From positions 912,387 through 976,386 of the forward strand of contig CAVUAO010000003.1 of assembly GCA_963739515.1 (NCBI GenBank): 64,000 nucleotides of DNA, in the 5' to 3' direction. Origin of the DNA: an uncultured Chloroflexia bacterium (GTDB lineage: Bacteria > Chloroflexota > Dehalococcoidia > Dehalococcoidales > RBG-16-60-22). Under the pieces are notes generated by a model. That model was not told where the DNA came from. It ran no database searches and worked only from the letters and a program-made list of their open reading frames with translations. Of this stretch, positions 17,275-26,719 are shown piece after piece (the stretch's first letter is position 1; every line of letters starts with the position of its first letter). A program made the translations under genes and the position numbers.

Positions 17275-17733
17275 ATGGCTAAAACGAAATATGGCAAGTA
17301 TTTCTTAAAAGAACCCTGGGGCATCATTCACCCGGGCACTCCTCCGGATGCCCCCGTATACATCGGGATTGGGCAGAGGGCTCCCGTAAAAGGATGGGAC
17401 GAGCCTCTTACCCAGGTCCTGCGCCCCATTTATCGACCCTATAAAATGATACCTGAAGGGCACCGGCATACCGTTGCCGAAATTCTGTATTTTATTGGCG
17501 GCGACCCCATGAATTTTAAAGAGTTCGGCGCTGAGGTCGAGTTCACGATTGGCGAGGGAGAAGAAGCGGAAACACACATCATCACCCACACGACCTGGGT
17601 GTATGTCCCGGGGAATCTCCTGCATTGTCCTCTCAATTTTAAGAGGGTAGATAAACCGATTATGTTCGGCCATATTATGTTTGCCCCCTCTTTTGATTCG
17701 ACCATCATCGGCAGAAATTTCACGAAACCATAA
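17275..17733 (+). CDS. cupin-like protein of unknown function (paralogue family copy 2)
   Basis: MAKTKYGKYF...HRHTVAEILYFIGGDPMNFKEFGAEVEFTIG...WVYVPGNLLHCP aligns with 9982-10485. The track start at 17206 lies in the tRNA fragment and was rejected. Confidence 0.7.
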   Translation: MAKTKYGKYFLKEPWGIIHPGTPPDAPVYIGIGQRAPVKGWDEPLTQVLRPIYRPYKMIPEGHRHTVAEILYFIGGDPMNFKEFGAEVEFTIGEGEEAETHIITHTTWVYVPGNLLHCPLNFKRVDKPIMFGHIMFAPSFDSTIIGRNFTKP

Positions 17734-18062
17734 TACGTGACAAATCCAGAGGCTTCTGTCCGCTCCGGCTTTCGCTTCAATAAAGCCAGGTCATCGCTTC
17801 TTTTATCTCTTATTGCGTAGGCGTATCGCCCGCTTTCACGACTATTGCTGCGCAATCCGTTGATTCCCAGGTGTTTCAATCTTCAAAACAATGGACTTTT
17901 ATATCATTATCCCCCTAACTTGCAGATAATCGACTAATTCATTACGCACATCTCTTGACTTTTACGCTCCTATTTGGTAATTTATTAATGGAAAGTTGGC
18001 TGTAGACCAATCGTTCTTTCCATTCAAAACATCGGCATTTAGCATAAGGAGGAATATCGCTG

Positions 18063-18824
18063 ATGAGATGGGGCATGGTCATCAACCTGGCAAAATGCAC
18101 CCGCTGTCACGCCTGTGTCGCCGCCTGCCGTATTGAGCATTTCCTCCCCCTGGGCATGACCTGGCCGCGCCTTATCGCTTATGAAACCGATGTCCCCGGG
18201 CAGGAGCTCACCACGCTCCCCGTCCGCTGTAATCAGTGTAAAGAGGCCCCCTGCGTCGAGGTGTGCCCCGCCGAAGCCACCAAGAAACGCCCTGACGGTA
18301 TCGTCTACGTCGATAATAACAAATGCGTCGGCTGCCGCTACTGCGTGGTCGCCTGCCCCTACCAGAACCGCACTTTCTTCTCGCGCGATAAAGACCCCGG
18401 TTTCTTCCCGGGTTACGAACGGACGCGCTTTGAAAAAGTCGGCCGCAAGCTCTATCCCCATGTTGCCGGGACGACCGAAAAGTGCGATTTCTGCCTGGAA
18501 AGAATCGACGCGGGCATGGCTAAGGGACTGGTCCCCGGCAAAGACCGCGAGGCGACGCCGGCCTGTGTCAACACCTGCCAGGCCAGGGCTTTGACCTTCG
18601 GCGACCTGGACGACCCCAATTCTGAAGTGTCGCAGTTGATTAAAGAGAAAAACGCTTTTCAGCTTCATCCCGAGTATGGCACCGAACCTTCAGTCTACTA
18701 TATCGACGGCAAGATAGGCAACGCACCTTCCAATGTCGCCCCGCGGGAGGCACAGACCGCTTCGCACATGCAGCACCTCAGCACTATGGATGCCAGGGCG
18801 AAGCAGATTTTCGGGAAAAAGTAA
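18063..18824 (+). CDS. 4Fe-4S ferredoxin-type electron-transfer subunit of a molybdopterin oxidoreductase (DmsB/PsrB/NrfC family)
   Basis: MRWGMVINLAKCTRCHACVAAC, CNQCKEAPCVEVCP, CVGCRYCVVACP and CDFC cluster motifs. Confidence 0.85.
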   Translation: MRWGMVINLAKCTRCHACVAACRIEHFLPLGMTWPRLIAYETDVPGQELTTLPVRCNQCKEAPCVEVCPAEATKKRPDGIVYVDNNKCVGCRYCVVACPYQNRTFFSRDKDPGFFPGYERTRFEKVGRKLYPHVAGTTEKCDFCLERIDAGMAKGLVPGKDREATPACVNTCQARALTFGDLDDPNSEVSQLIKEKNAFQLHPEYGTEPSVYYIDGKIGNAPSNVAPREAQTASHMQHLSTMDARAKQIFGKK

Positions 18825-18836
18825 GGAGAGACGCAA

Positions 18837-19784
18837 ATGTCCCGGATGGCGACCCGCCAGTGGATGATCACCCACGAGTGGATGGTCAAGCCGATGCACC
18901 AGCGAGAGTGGATTGAAAGACGCGGCATCATGATCTGGATTGCCGAGACTTTCACCAGCTTGGGCTCGGGTTTATATCTCGTCTCTCTCTTCGTCAATAG
19001 CTGGTGGGGGCTGCTCGTGGGGTGGCTGATTATCATGTTCCTGAAGTTGCCCCTCCACCTGGCTTACTTCGGCAAGCCCTGGCGGTTCTATAGAACATTG
19101 CCGCCTTTTTCCAACGCCTGGAAGACGTCGTGGTTTGCCCGCGGCATTCTATTTTCCGTCTTTTTCGGCACTTTTGCCTTCATTCAACTGGTGTTCGGCC
19201 AGCCCGACCTGGCGAGACTGATGGGGCATTCGATTGCTGACCCGATTTATTATACCTTCGGCGTGCTGGCGGGTATCTTTGCCCTGGGGGTCGGCATTTA
19301 CGGCGGCTTCATCATGAATTACATTAAGGGGATTCCCTTCTGGAACCAGGGATTATTGCCCGTGGTGATTATACTGGCGGGGGTCGCCGATGGCTTCGGT
19401 CTGGCGATGGGGATTGGCCTGGCCGGGGGCGACGCCAGCGTAGCGTGGGCCGAGACCGGCAGTCGCTACCTGCTGTTAATTAACATGCTTTTAATCGTCA
19501 CTTATCTGATCAGCGCCGGATACACCTCGGCAGTGGCCAAGCTTTCCATCCGGGAGCTTCTCAAGGGGCCGTCGGCATATATGTTCTGGGGCGGACTGGT
19601 AATTCTCGGGTTGGCCGTACCGGCCGGGATTTCCGTGGTGAGTCTCTTCAGCACCGGGGAGGTCTCAAGCATTCTGTTGATTATCGCCATCGCTTCGCAT
19701 TCGCTGGGGGCCTTTGCCCTTAAATATTGCCTGTTAAAAGTGGGCATCTATCGGCCTTTATTGCCGAGAGTTGCCGCTTATTAA
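18837..19784 (+). CDS. NrfD/PsrC/DmsC-like integral membrane subunit
   Basis: 315 aa with about 8 hydrophobic helices. It sits between the Fe-S and catalytic subunits. Confidence 0.65.
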   Translation: MSRMATRQWMITHEWMVKPMHQREWIERRGIMIWIAETFTSLGSGLYLVSLFVNSWWGLLVGWLIIMFLKLPLHLAYFGKPWRFYRTLPPFSNAWKTSWFARGILFSVFFGTFAFIQLVFGQPDLARLMGHSIADPIYYTFGVLAGIFALGVGIYGGFIMNYIKGIPFWNQGLLPVVIILAGVADGFGLAMGIGLAGGDASVAWAETGSRYLLLINMLLIVTYLISAGYTSAVAKLSIRELLKGPSAYMFWGGLVILGLAVPAGISVVSLFSTGEVSSILLIIAIASHSLGAFALKYCLLKVGIYRPLLPRVAAY

Positions 19785-19815
19785 TGAATCATTAGCTTTC
19801 AATCTGGAGTTGTCA

Positions 19816-22014
19816 ATGACGGAAAAGAAAATTATAAAAACGACCTGTAAAAGCTGTCACGGAGGCTGTGGCGTCCTGGTCGAAGTGACCGACGGAGTAG
19901 TCACTCATATCGAAGGGAACCCGGATTCGACCACCCGCGGTACGATGTGCGCCAAGGGCTTATCCAGCATCCAGCATATCGATAACCCTTATCGCATCAC
20001 CCATCCTTATAAGAGGGCGGGCGAAAAAGGCGAAGGCAAATGGAAACAGATTAGCTGGGACGAAGCGCTGGACACGATTGCCGCCAAGATAAAAGAAGCC
20101 ACCGAAAAATACGGCGCGCATACCGTGGCCACTTCCCAGGGGACGGGTCGGGGCTATAACCGCTATACCCACCGCTTTTCCCGCTCGATGGGCTCCGCTA
20201 ACGTCATCTCGCCGGGCTATATCTGCCACAGTCCGCGCATCGGACTTTACGGCCTGATTACCGGCTACGGCCGGCTTTATTGCGACTATCACGGGTGGGG
20301 TGGGGTATTCCCCAAGACGCAGATTTCCTGGGCCAAGCAGCTCGAAATCAGCAGCGCCGATTCCGAGATGTGCTACTGGTACATGAAATCGCTGGACTAT
20401 GTTAAAAACCTCATCGTTATCGACCCGCGAGCCACCGCTTATACGTCACGGGCGACGCTCTGGCTGCAGCCACGGCCGGGCACGGATGCCGCCCTGGCGT
20501 TAGGTATGATAAACGTGATTATGCAGGAAGGCCTCTGGGACAAAGAATTCGTCGAGAACTGGACCTACGGCTTTGATAAACTTAAAGAGCGGGCAGCGGA
20601 ATACCCGGTGGAAAAAGTCGCTGAAATAACCTGGGTGCCGAAGGAAAAAATTATTCAGGCGGCCAGGCTTTTCGCCGTGGACACTCCCGGGTGCATCCAG
20701 ATTGGCAGCTCCCTGGAGCGGCAGGCCAACTGCGGCCAGACCCTGAGGGCGATTATCGACCTGCTGGGCATCACCGGCAATATCGAAAGGCCGGGCAGCA
20801 TGGTGAGCTGGGTGCTGCCGGAGACCGGCCTCATCGAGGATGTCTTCAATGAAATCCCGATTACCGATGAGATGAGGTCACATATCTACGGCGGCGATAG
20901 ATTCAAGATGGGTGCGGCGCGCACCTGTAATCCCGATACCATCGTGCGGATGTTTAATAATGGGGAGAAACCCATCCGCGTCTGGATAAGCGTCGGCGGC
21001 CAGCAAATCGTCCACATGGCCTCTACCAATCAGGTGGTGGAGGCCCTGAAAAAGGTCGATTTCATGGTGCAGCTCGACCAGTTCTGGGGCCCGATGGCGG
21101 AAATGTCGGATATCGTCCTACCCGCGGCGCACTGGCTGGAAATCGACGATATTTACGATATGCACCCGCGCTGGTTTATCGAGGCCCACGTTAAATGCGT
21201 CGACCCGCCCGGCGAGGCCAAGTCCGACGCCTGGATTTTTAACGAAATCGGGCGGCGGGCCGCTCCCAAGTACTGGTTCAAAGACGTCCCGACCCTGCTC
21301 GATTACGAGTTGAGAAAAGCCCCGCTTTCCTGGAAGGAGTTCAGCGAGAAAATCATTTCCGGATGCTTCGGGCCCGACCAGGTCTATTATAAATACAAGA
21401 CCGACTACTGGCGTAAGGGGGGCGGTTTCCCCTCACCAACCGGCAAGATGGAGCTTTACTCCACGGTGCTGGAAAACCTGGGGTACGACCCGCTGCCTTA
21501 CTTCGAGGAGCCCGGCGAGAGCCCCGTTTCCACTCCCGAGCTGGCCAAGGAATATCCGCTGGTGCTTACCTCCGGCTTCCGCTCGCCGTTCTATTTTCTG
21601 GCGCAATACCGCAATATCCCCTGGCTGCGCAGCTTCATGGAATATCCCGCGATGCAGATAAACCCGGAAACGGCCAAAAAGCTGGGTATCGAAGATGGCG
21701 ATTTCGTCTGGATAGAGTCGCCGCGCGGCCGCATTATCCAGAAAGCCAGGTTGTTCCCGGGCATCGACCCGAGGGTCGTGGCGGCTACGGCCAACTGGTT
21801 TTACCCGGAGGCGCCGGCTCAGGGTTTCCGTGGCGTGTTTATCTCCAATCCCAACGTCCTGACCGACAATAACCACCAGGACCCCATGTACGGCTCACCG
21901 GACCTGACCTGCCTGCTGTGCAAGGTCTACAAGTGCACTCCGGAGGAGCTGAAGGACCCGCAGTATGCGGGGATTTTCACCAAGGAGCATGGGGGCAAGC
22001 CGTGGGCACGGTAA
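19816..22014 (+). CDS. molybdopterin (bis-MGD) oxidoreductase catalytic subunit, no Tat signal
   Basis: MTEKKIIKTTCKSCHGGCGVLVEV...MCAKG is the N-terminal CxxCxxxC...C Fe-S motif of MopB enzymes. Start set at ATG 19816 after GGAG. No twin-arginine leader is present in either candidate N-terminus. Confidence 0.85.
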   Translation: MTEKKIIKTTCKSCHGGCGVLVEVTDGVVTHIEGNPDSTTRGTMCAKGLSSIQHIDNPYRITHPYKRAGEKGEGKWKQISWDEALDTIAAKIKEATEKYGAHTVATSQGTGRGYNRYTHRFSRSMGSANVISPGYICHSPRIGLYGLITGYGRLYCDYHGWGGVFPKTQISWAKQLEISSADSEMCYWYMKSLDYVKNLIVIDPRATAYTSRATLWLQPRPGTDAALALGMINVIMQEGLWDKEFVENWTYGFDKLKERAAEYPVEKVAEITWVPKEKIIQAARLFAVDTPGCIQIGSSLERQANCGQTLRAIIDLLGITGNIERPGSMVSWVLPETGLIEDVFNEIPITDEMRSHIYGGDRFKMGAARTCNPDTIVRMFNNGEKPIRVWISVGGQQIVHMASTNQVVEALKKVDFMVQLDQFWGPMAEMSDIVLPAAHWLEIDDIYDMHPRWFIEAHVKCVDPPGEAKSDAWIFNEIGRRAAPKYWFKDVPTLLDYELRKAPLSWKEFSEKIISGCFGPDQVYYKYKTDYWRKGGGFPSPTGKMELYSTVLENLGYDPLPYFEEPGESPVSTPELAKEYPLVLTSGFRSPFYFLAQYRNIPWLRSFMEYPAMQINPETAKKLGIEDGDFVWIESPRGRIIQKARLFPGIDPRVVAATANWFYPEAPAQGFRGVFISNPNVLTDNNHQDPMYGSPDLTCLLCKVYKCTPEELKDPQYAGIFTKEHGGKPWAR

Positions 22015-23123
22015 ACAACCCCGAAATCATCTTCGACAGCACGAAGTTGGAGAACGTCGGGGCGCCGAAAAAAAAGACGTTGCCTGGTTACTACTTTCCC
22101 CTGATTATGGCGATTATTCTCGCCGAAGCGGTTATTCTGGGACTCATCCTGTTCAATAACTTTCCCCTCCACGCGTTCGAAGTCTATCCCTTCGCTAAGT
22201 ATGCTCCGTTCGTCAGCGCCAGCGACCTCACCCGGCTATCGGTGACCATCACCAAATGGATTTTCTTCCTGCTGACCGCGGGCGTCCTGATACCGACGAC
22301 TCTTATCATCATCCTGGAAGTTACCCGCCGCGTATTTATTTCCCGCAAAGGTGAAGTCAATGCCTGGGACGACGAGTTTTCCTGGCTGGATAAACTTGAC
22401 CGCGTGCCGAAGGTCCCCGCCGACGTAAAAGAGCGGGTGCAGGGCAATTACATCACCCGTTTCGATATCCACCAGCGCATCCAGCATTACCTTTTGATGA
22501 GCTCGTTTATCGTCCTGGCGGTAACCGGGATGTTAAGGGGGTTTCCTGACTGGCCGACTTTTCAGTGGTTTACCGGTATTTTCGGCGGTACCGATGTCTT
22601 GCGCCTGGTCCATGACGTCGCCGCCTTCGTCATGATTGCCGATGGCATTTATCACCTCGGTTATATCGGTTACGGATTTTTCGTCAAGCATAAATTTCCT
22701 TCGGCGATGATGCCCCGCCTGAAAGACCTGAAAGATATGATTCACACTTTCCTCTGGATATTCGGTTTACACAAGCACGAGCCGGCGTACGACCATTTCC
22801 AGTACGGCCAGAAAATTGACTACTGGGCGATATTCTGGGGCATGCCGGTGATGGTCATCACGGGCATTATCATGATGTTCCCCGTATTTTTCAGCCAGTG
22901 GGTCGGCGGTCAGTGGTTCGGGGTCTTAGCGGCCGCCCACCGCGATGAGGCGGTCCTGGCCATCGGCTTTATCCTCATCGTGCACATGTATTACGGCCAC
23001 CTCCAGACCACCGCCTTCCCCGTGAATACCGTGATGTTCACCGGCAAAATGCTGAAATCAAAATACAGGCAGTGGTTCGGCCGGGAGTACACGCAGATAA
23101 CGGACGAAAAAGAACAGGGATAA
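22002..23123 (+). CDS. membrane cytochrome-b-like subunit (FdnI/PhsC-like) with two extra N-terminal helices
   Basis: HQRIQHYLLMSSFIVLAVTG, VHDVAAF, IYHLGY and IVHMYYGH candidate haem-ligand histidines lie in TM helices. The start is uncertain; GTG 22002 overlaps the upstream stop. Confidence 0.6.
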   Translation: MGTVNNPEIIFDSTKLENVGAPKKKTLPGYYFPLIMAIILAEAVILGLILFNNFPLHAFEVYPFAKYAPFVSASDLTRLSVTITKWIFFLLTAGVLIPTTLIIILEVTRRVFISRKGEVNAWDDEFSWLDKLDRVPKVPADVKERVQGNYITRFDIHQRIQHYLLMSSFIVLAVTGMLRGFPDWPTFQWFTGIFGGTDVLRLVHDVAAFVMIADGIYHLGYIGYGFFVKHKFPSAMMPRLKDLKDMIHTFLWIFGLHKHEPAYDHFQYGQKIDYWAIFWGMPVMVITGIIMMFPVFFSQWVGGQWFGVLAAAHRDEAVLAIGFILIVHMYYGHLQTTAFPVNTVMFTGKMLKSKYRQWFGREYTQITDEKEQG

Positions 23124-23129
23124 CTATTC

Positions 23130-24068
23130 TTGATGTCGAGTATCACACACCGGTGGATGGGGCAGGGGAACACCGTCAAGCCGGACTATAACGTCTCCGA
23201 CCGCCTGGCGGGAGTGCTTGATATCACCCGGCCCATCCTTTCCGTCATGGGCGCTCTGGGCGTCGGGGCTGGAGCCGCCTTGGCCTACGGGGGCTTTCCG
23301 GCGTGGAACAAGTGCCTTATCGGCGTCATCGCCGCCCTGCTGGCTTTTGCCGGCATCCATGCTTTTAATGATTTCGTCGACCAGCGCCGGGACGTGGTCT
23401 GCTGGCCGGGCCGGCCGATACCCAGTAAACGGCTCACGCCGCGGCAGGGCCTGCTCCTGGCGGTGGTTTCTTTCGCCGGCGCCCTGGTTATTGTCTGGTT
23501 CGTCTTCAACACCGTGTGCTTCACTGTCTCCGCGGTGGCGGTCGGGTTAAGCTGCCTTTATTCCGGTTATTTGAGAGACCGGGTCGGCTATCTTATCCTT
23601 CCCCCCATCCAGGGACTGGGACTGGTCTGCGGTTGGACGGCCTTCGCACCGGCTACGCTGTTCAGTGCCTGGGCGCCCTGGGTCTTATGGGCGTTTTCCG
23701 CCACCTGGCAGGCCGGACACATCATGGTCTATTCTCCTTTACATCCTATCCGGCGGGTCAAAGGTGTTAAGCTTACGCAGGTGCCGGCTTTGTTCAAGAG
23801 GACTTCTCCGCAGACGGCAGCCGCGCTGGGTTTTGGATTTTTATGCCTGGCTGCCGTAGCAGGCATCTACCTGGGCTTCTATTTCCACCTGGGTCTCCTT
23901 TATTTATTGCCGACCGCCTTGATGGCCGTCCTAGCTTTAGTCTTTAGCTTCAAGTTTATGCGCGACTCGGAAAATTTCGCTAGGGGCATTAAGGCTTTTT
24001 ACTTCGCCACCTATTTCATGCTGGGGGCCCGTCTCTTGATACTGCTCAGCGTTTTCCTGTTCTATTAG
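23130..24068 (+). CDS. UbiA-family aromatic prenyltransferase
   Basis: NDFVDQRRD Asp-rich motif and about 8-9 TM helices. Confidence 0.8.
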   Translation: MMSSITHRWMGQGNTVKPDYNVSDRLAGVLDITRPILSVMGALGVGAGAALAYGGFPAWNKCLIGVIAALLAFAGIHAFNDFVDQRRDVVCWPGRPIPSKRLTPRQGLLLAVVSFAGALVIVWFVFNTVCFTVSAVAVGLSCLYSGYLRDRVGYLILPPIQGLGLVCGWTAFAPATLFSAWAPWVLWAFSATWQAGHIMVYSPLHPIRRVKGVKLTQVPALFKRTSPQTAAALGFGFLCLAAVAGIYLGFYFHLGLLYLLPTALMAVLALVFSFKFMRDSENFARGIKAFYFATYFMLGARLLILLSVFLFY

Positions 24069-24077
24069 GAGAATATT

Positions 24078-24752
24078 TTGGCACTGCGTGTCCCTCTCAA
24101 TGAAGAACAGTTTGCGGATACCGAATCCGCCCAATTTTACGATGAACATGCCCGGCGCTTCATGGGGTCGGTCTACCGCAGGTTTGCCGCGAGGGTGGCC
24201 GGCATCAGTCCCCCGGGAAAGCGGGTGCTGGACCTCGGTACCGGCAGCGGCCGCCTGGCAATCGCGCTGGCGAAAGACCACCCCGACTGGCAGATTACCG
24301 GCATCGATATTTCGGCAGAAATGCTGAAGCTGGCCGGGCAGAACGCCGCCAAAGACGGTTTAACCCATAAAATTGATTTTCGGCAGGCACCGGCGGCGGC
24401 GCTGCCCTTCCCCGACGGCTATTTTGCCCTGGTGGTCAGCAACAACTCGCTGCACCTCTGGGCGGAGCCCCTCAAGGTATTTGGAGAAATCGAGAGGGTG
24501 ACCTCGCCGGGGGGCTACTGTCTGATAAGGGACAATTTAAGAATCACCGTTCTTCATCTATTCATTAACTTGGCAGGTTGGGCGATGGGCATGAACGCCG
24601 CGCAGCGTCGACTCTGGATGCAGGCAATCCGTTCGTCTTATACCGGCGGAGAAGCCAGGGCAATTTTAAAGGAATCGGCCCTCAAAGACGCCCGCGTTAT
24701 GACCACGCGTTATTTTGAGTTGAGTATCGAGTGGCGAAAGTCACCGGACTAG
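24078..24752 (+). CDS. class I SAM-dependent methyltransferase (UbiE/COQ5-like)
   Basis: Motif I VLDLGTGSGRLAIALAK. It lies immediately downstream of the UbiA gene. TTG start as given in the track. Confidence 0.7.
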   Translation: MALRVPLNEEQFADTESAQFYDEHARRFMGSVYRRFAARVAGISPPGKRVLDLGTGSGRLAIALAKDHPDWQITGIDISAEMLKLAGQNAAKDGLTHKIDFRQAPAAALPFPDGYFALVVSNNSLHLWAEPLKVFGEIERVTSPGGYCLIRDNLRITVLHLFINLAGWAMGMNAAQRRLWMQAIRSSYTGGEARAILKESALKDARVMTTRYFELSIEWRKSPD

Positions 24753-24758
24753 AGAATA

Positions 24759-25703
24759 TTACCAGTCCGGCGGGCCCGGCGTGGTCTGCCGCTCGTAGAG
24801 TGGATTATAAGCTAATGTCCCCATCTTTTTGATAATATCGCGACGTTTCTCGTTCGGGGGCTCGTCCGGGATAGCCCGGATAAGCGCTTCATTACGGGCG
24901 ATATAGCCTTCCCTGAACTCGGGATGGGTGTGGATAAAGAGGTCGTTACGCCTGATGCCCCGCACCACCCGCTCGCCGGTTTCCACGGGGTCCATGAACA
25001 CGGAAAAATCGAACATCGGCCGCCGCATCGGCTGACCGTCTTTGGGGGGAGGGGGCGGTTGGGGCGGCCAGGTCTGCCCCTCGTTCCGGAGATGGGCGGG
25101 GCGGTTAGCGAAAGTGGATGGGCCCAGGTTAGTCATGGTCGGTCCGGGGATAAGCACCGAGGCCCCCACGTTAGTTCCCTGCAGGTCCCCCGCCAGCGTT
25201 TCCATCATGCCGGTGATGGCGTATTTGGTCATGTTGTATATAATGCAGCCGTTGACCGCGAAAAAGCCGGCTGTGGAAGAGGTGGCGACCACGTGGCCGC
25301 CTTCCCCGTGCTTTAAAATACGCGGGAGGATTATCACGAGTCCGTTGGCGACGCCGGTGATATTGACGCCGATGCTGAAATCCCAGTCCTTGAAGGTCAT
25401 GTTCCACGCCGGCCCGCCGGAAGCCACACCGGCGTTATTGACCAGCACGTGTATCTTCTTAAAAACAGCTTCCGCTTCGTCCGCGGCTTTGGTGTAGGCA
25501 GCGCGGTCGGTCACGTCCAGCTTAATCGGGTGGACGGACTGGCCGGTCTTTTTAAAAAAAGCCATCGTTTCGTCCAGGGCATCCTGGCGCGAGTCCGCGA
25601 TAACGACCTTCATGCCGTATTTGGCGCAGGCTTTGGCAATGCCCAGCCCGATGCCGCTGGCGCCGCCGGTAATAAAAGCTGTTTTTCCTTCAATATTCTC
25701 CAT
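24759..25703 (-). CDS. short-chain dehydrogenase/reductase with long C-terminal extension (paralogue 1)
   Basis: TAFITGGASGIGLGIA, NNAG and YNMTK motifs. The proline-rich stretch PPQPPPPPKDGQP is followed by a conserved tail ending PGPPDW. Confidence 0.85.
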   Translation of the reverse strand: MENIEGKTAFITGGASGIGLGIAKACAKYGMKVVIADSRQDALDETMAFFKKTGQSVHPIKLDVTDRAAYTKAADEAEAVFKKIHVLVNNAGVASGGPAWNMTFKDWDFSIGVNITGVANGLVIILPRILKHGEGGHVVATSSTAGFFAVNGCIIYNMTKYAITGMMETLAGDLQGTNVGASVLIPGPTMTNLGPSTFANRPAHLRNEGQTWPPQPPPPPKDGQPMRRPMFDFSVFMDPVETGERVVRGIRRNDLFIHTHPEFREGYIARNEALIRAIPDEPPNEKRRDIIKKMGTLAYNPLYERQTTPGPPDW

Positions 25704-25734
25704 GGTGCGTTTTTCTTACCTTTCTAGACTTGTT

Positions 25735-26691
25735 TTACCAGTCGGGCGGGCCTACCTTTTGCTGTTTATCATAAATGTCATTATAGATAATCGTCCCGAA
25801 AGTCTTGATGACCTCCCACCTTTTTTCATTCCGGGGTTCTTCCGGGATGGCCCGGATAATGGCCTCGTGACGCGCGATGTAGCCTTCCCGCCACTCGGGG
25901 TGGGTGTGGATGTAGAGGTCATTGTTCCGGATGCCCCGCACCACCCGCTCGCCGGTCTCGTCCGGGTTCATGAACACCTGCCTGACCTCCTCGATCGGCC
26001 GTCGCGGCCGGTCTCTCATGCCCGGCGGTGGATTGGCGGGCATTTTCGGCGGCCAGGTGTCTCCCGGGTTTCTCAGGTGGGCGGGGCGGTTCTCAAAGGA
26101 TGACTGGCCCAGATTGGAAACCGTCGGCCCGGGGAACAGTATCGAGACCCCGATGTTCTTGTCCTGGAGCTCGGTAGCGAGGCATTCCATCATGCCGATG
26201 ACCGCGTACTTGCCCGTGCAGTAGATGGTAAAGCCGAGCGAGCCCATCAGGCCGCACGTCGAGGAGGTGGTGACGACGTGGCCGCCTTCGCCGTGCTTAA
26301 TAATGCGCGGCACAATCGTCATGATGCCGTTCACCACGCCGCCGACGTTAACGCTCAGGCTGTAGTCCCAGTCCTTATAGTCCAGGTTATCAATCGTGCC
26401 GCCGGGCGTGCCTACGCCGGCGTTATTGACCAGCACGTGTATCTTCCCGAACATTTTCTCCGCTTCATCGGCGGCTTTGACGTATGCCTCGCGGTCGGTC
26501 ACGTTCAGCTTTAAAGGTCGGACTGACTTCTCCTTGCCTTTGAAATAAGCCATCGCTTCATCGAGGGCGTTCTGCCGCGCATCGACGATAATCACTTTCA
26601 TGCCCTGCCTGGCGCACGCCTTGGCGATGCCCAGCCCGATGCCGCTGGCGCCGCCCGTGATAAAAGCCACTTTGCCTTTTAAGTCCTTCAT
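25735..26691 (-). CDS. short-chain dehydrogenase/reductase with long C-terminal extension (paralogue 2)
   Basis: VAFITGGASGIGLGIA, NNAG and YCTGK motifs. It has the same tail ending VGPPDW and is a tandem paralogue of 24759-25703. Confidence 0.85.
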   Translation of the reverse strand: MKDLKGKVAFITGGASGIGLGIAKACARQGMKVIIVDARQNALDEAMAYFKGKEKSVRPLKLNVTDREAYVKAADEAEKMFGKIHVLVNNAGVGTPGGTIDNLDYKDWDYSLSVNVGGVVNGIMTIVPRIIKHGEGGHVVTTSSTCGLMGSLGFTIYCTGKYAVIGMMECLATELQDKNIGVSILFPGPTVSNLGQSSFENRPAHLRNPGDTWPPKMPANPPPGMRDRPRRPIEEVRQVFMNPDETGERVVRGIRNNDLYIHTHPEWREGYIARHEAIIRAIPEEPRNEKRWEVIKTFGTIIYNDIYDKQQKVGPPDW

Positions 26692-26719
26692 GCGTCTCCC
26701 TCTTCTCTATGTATTATCG

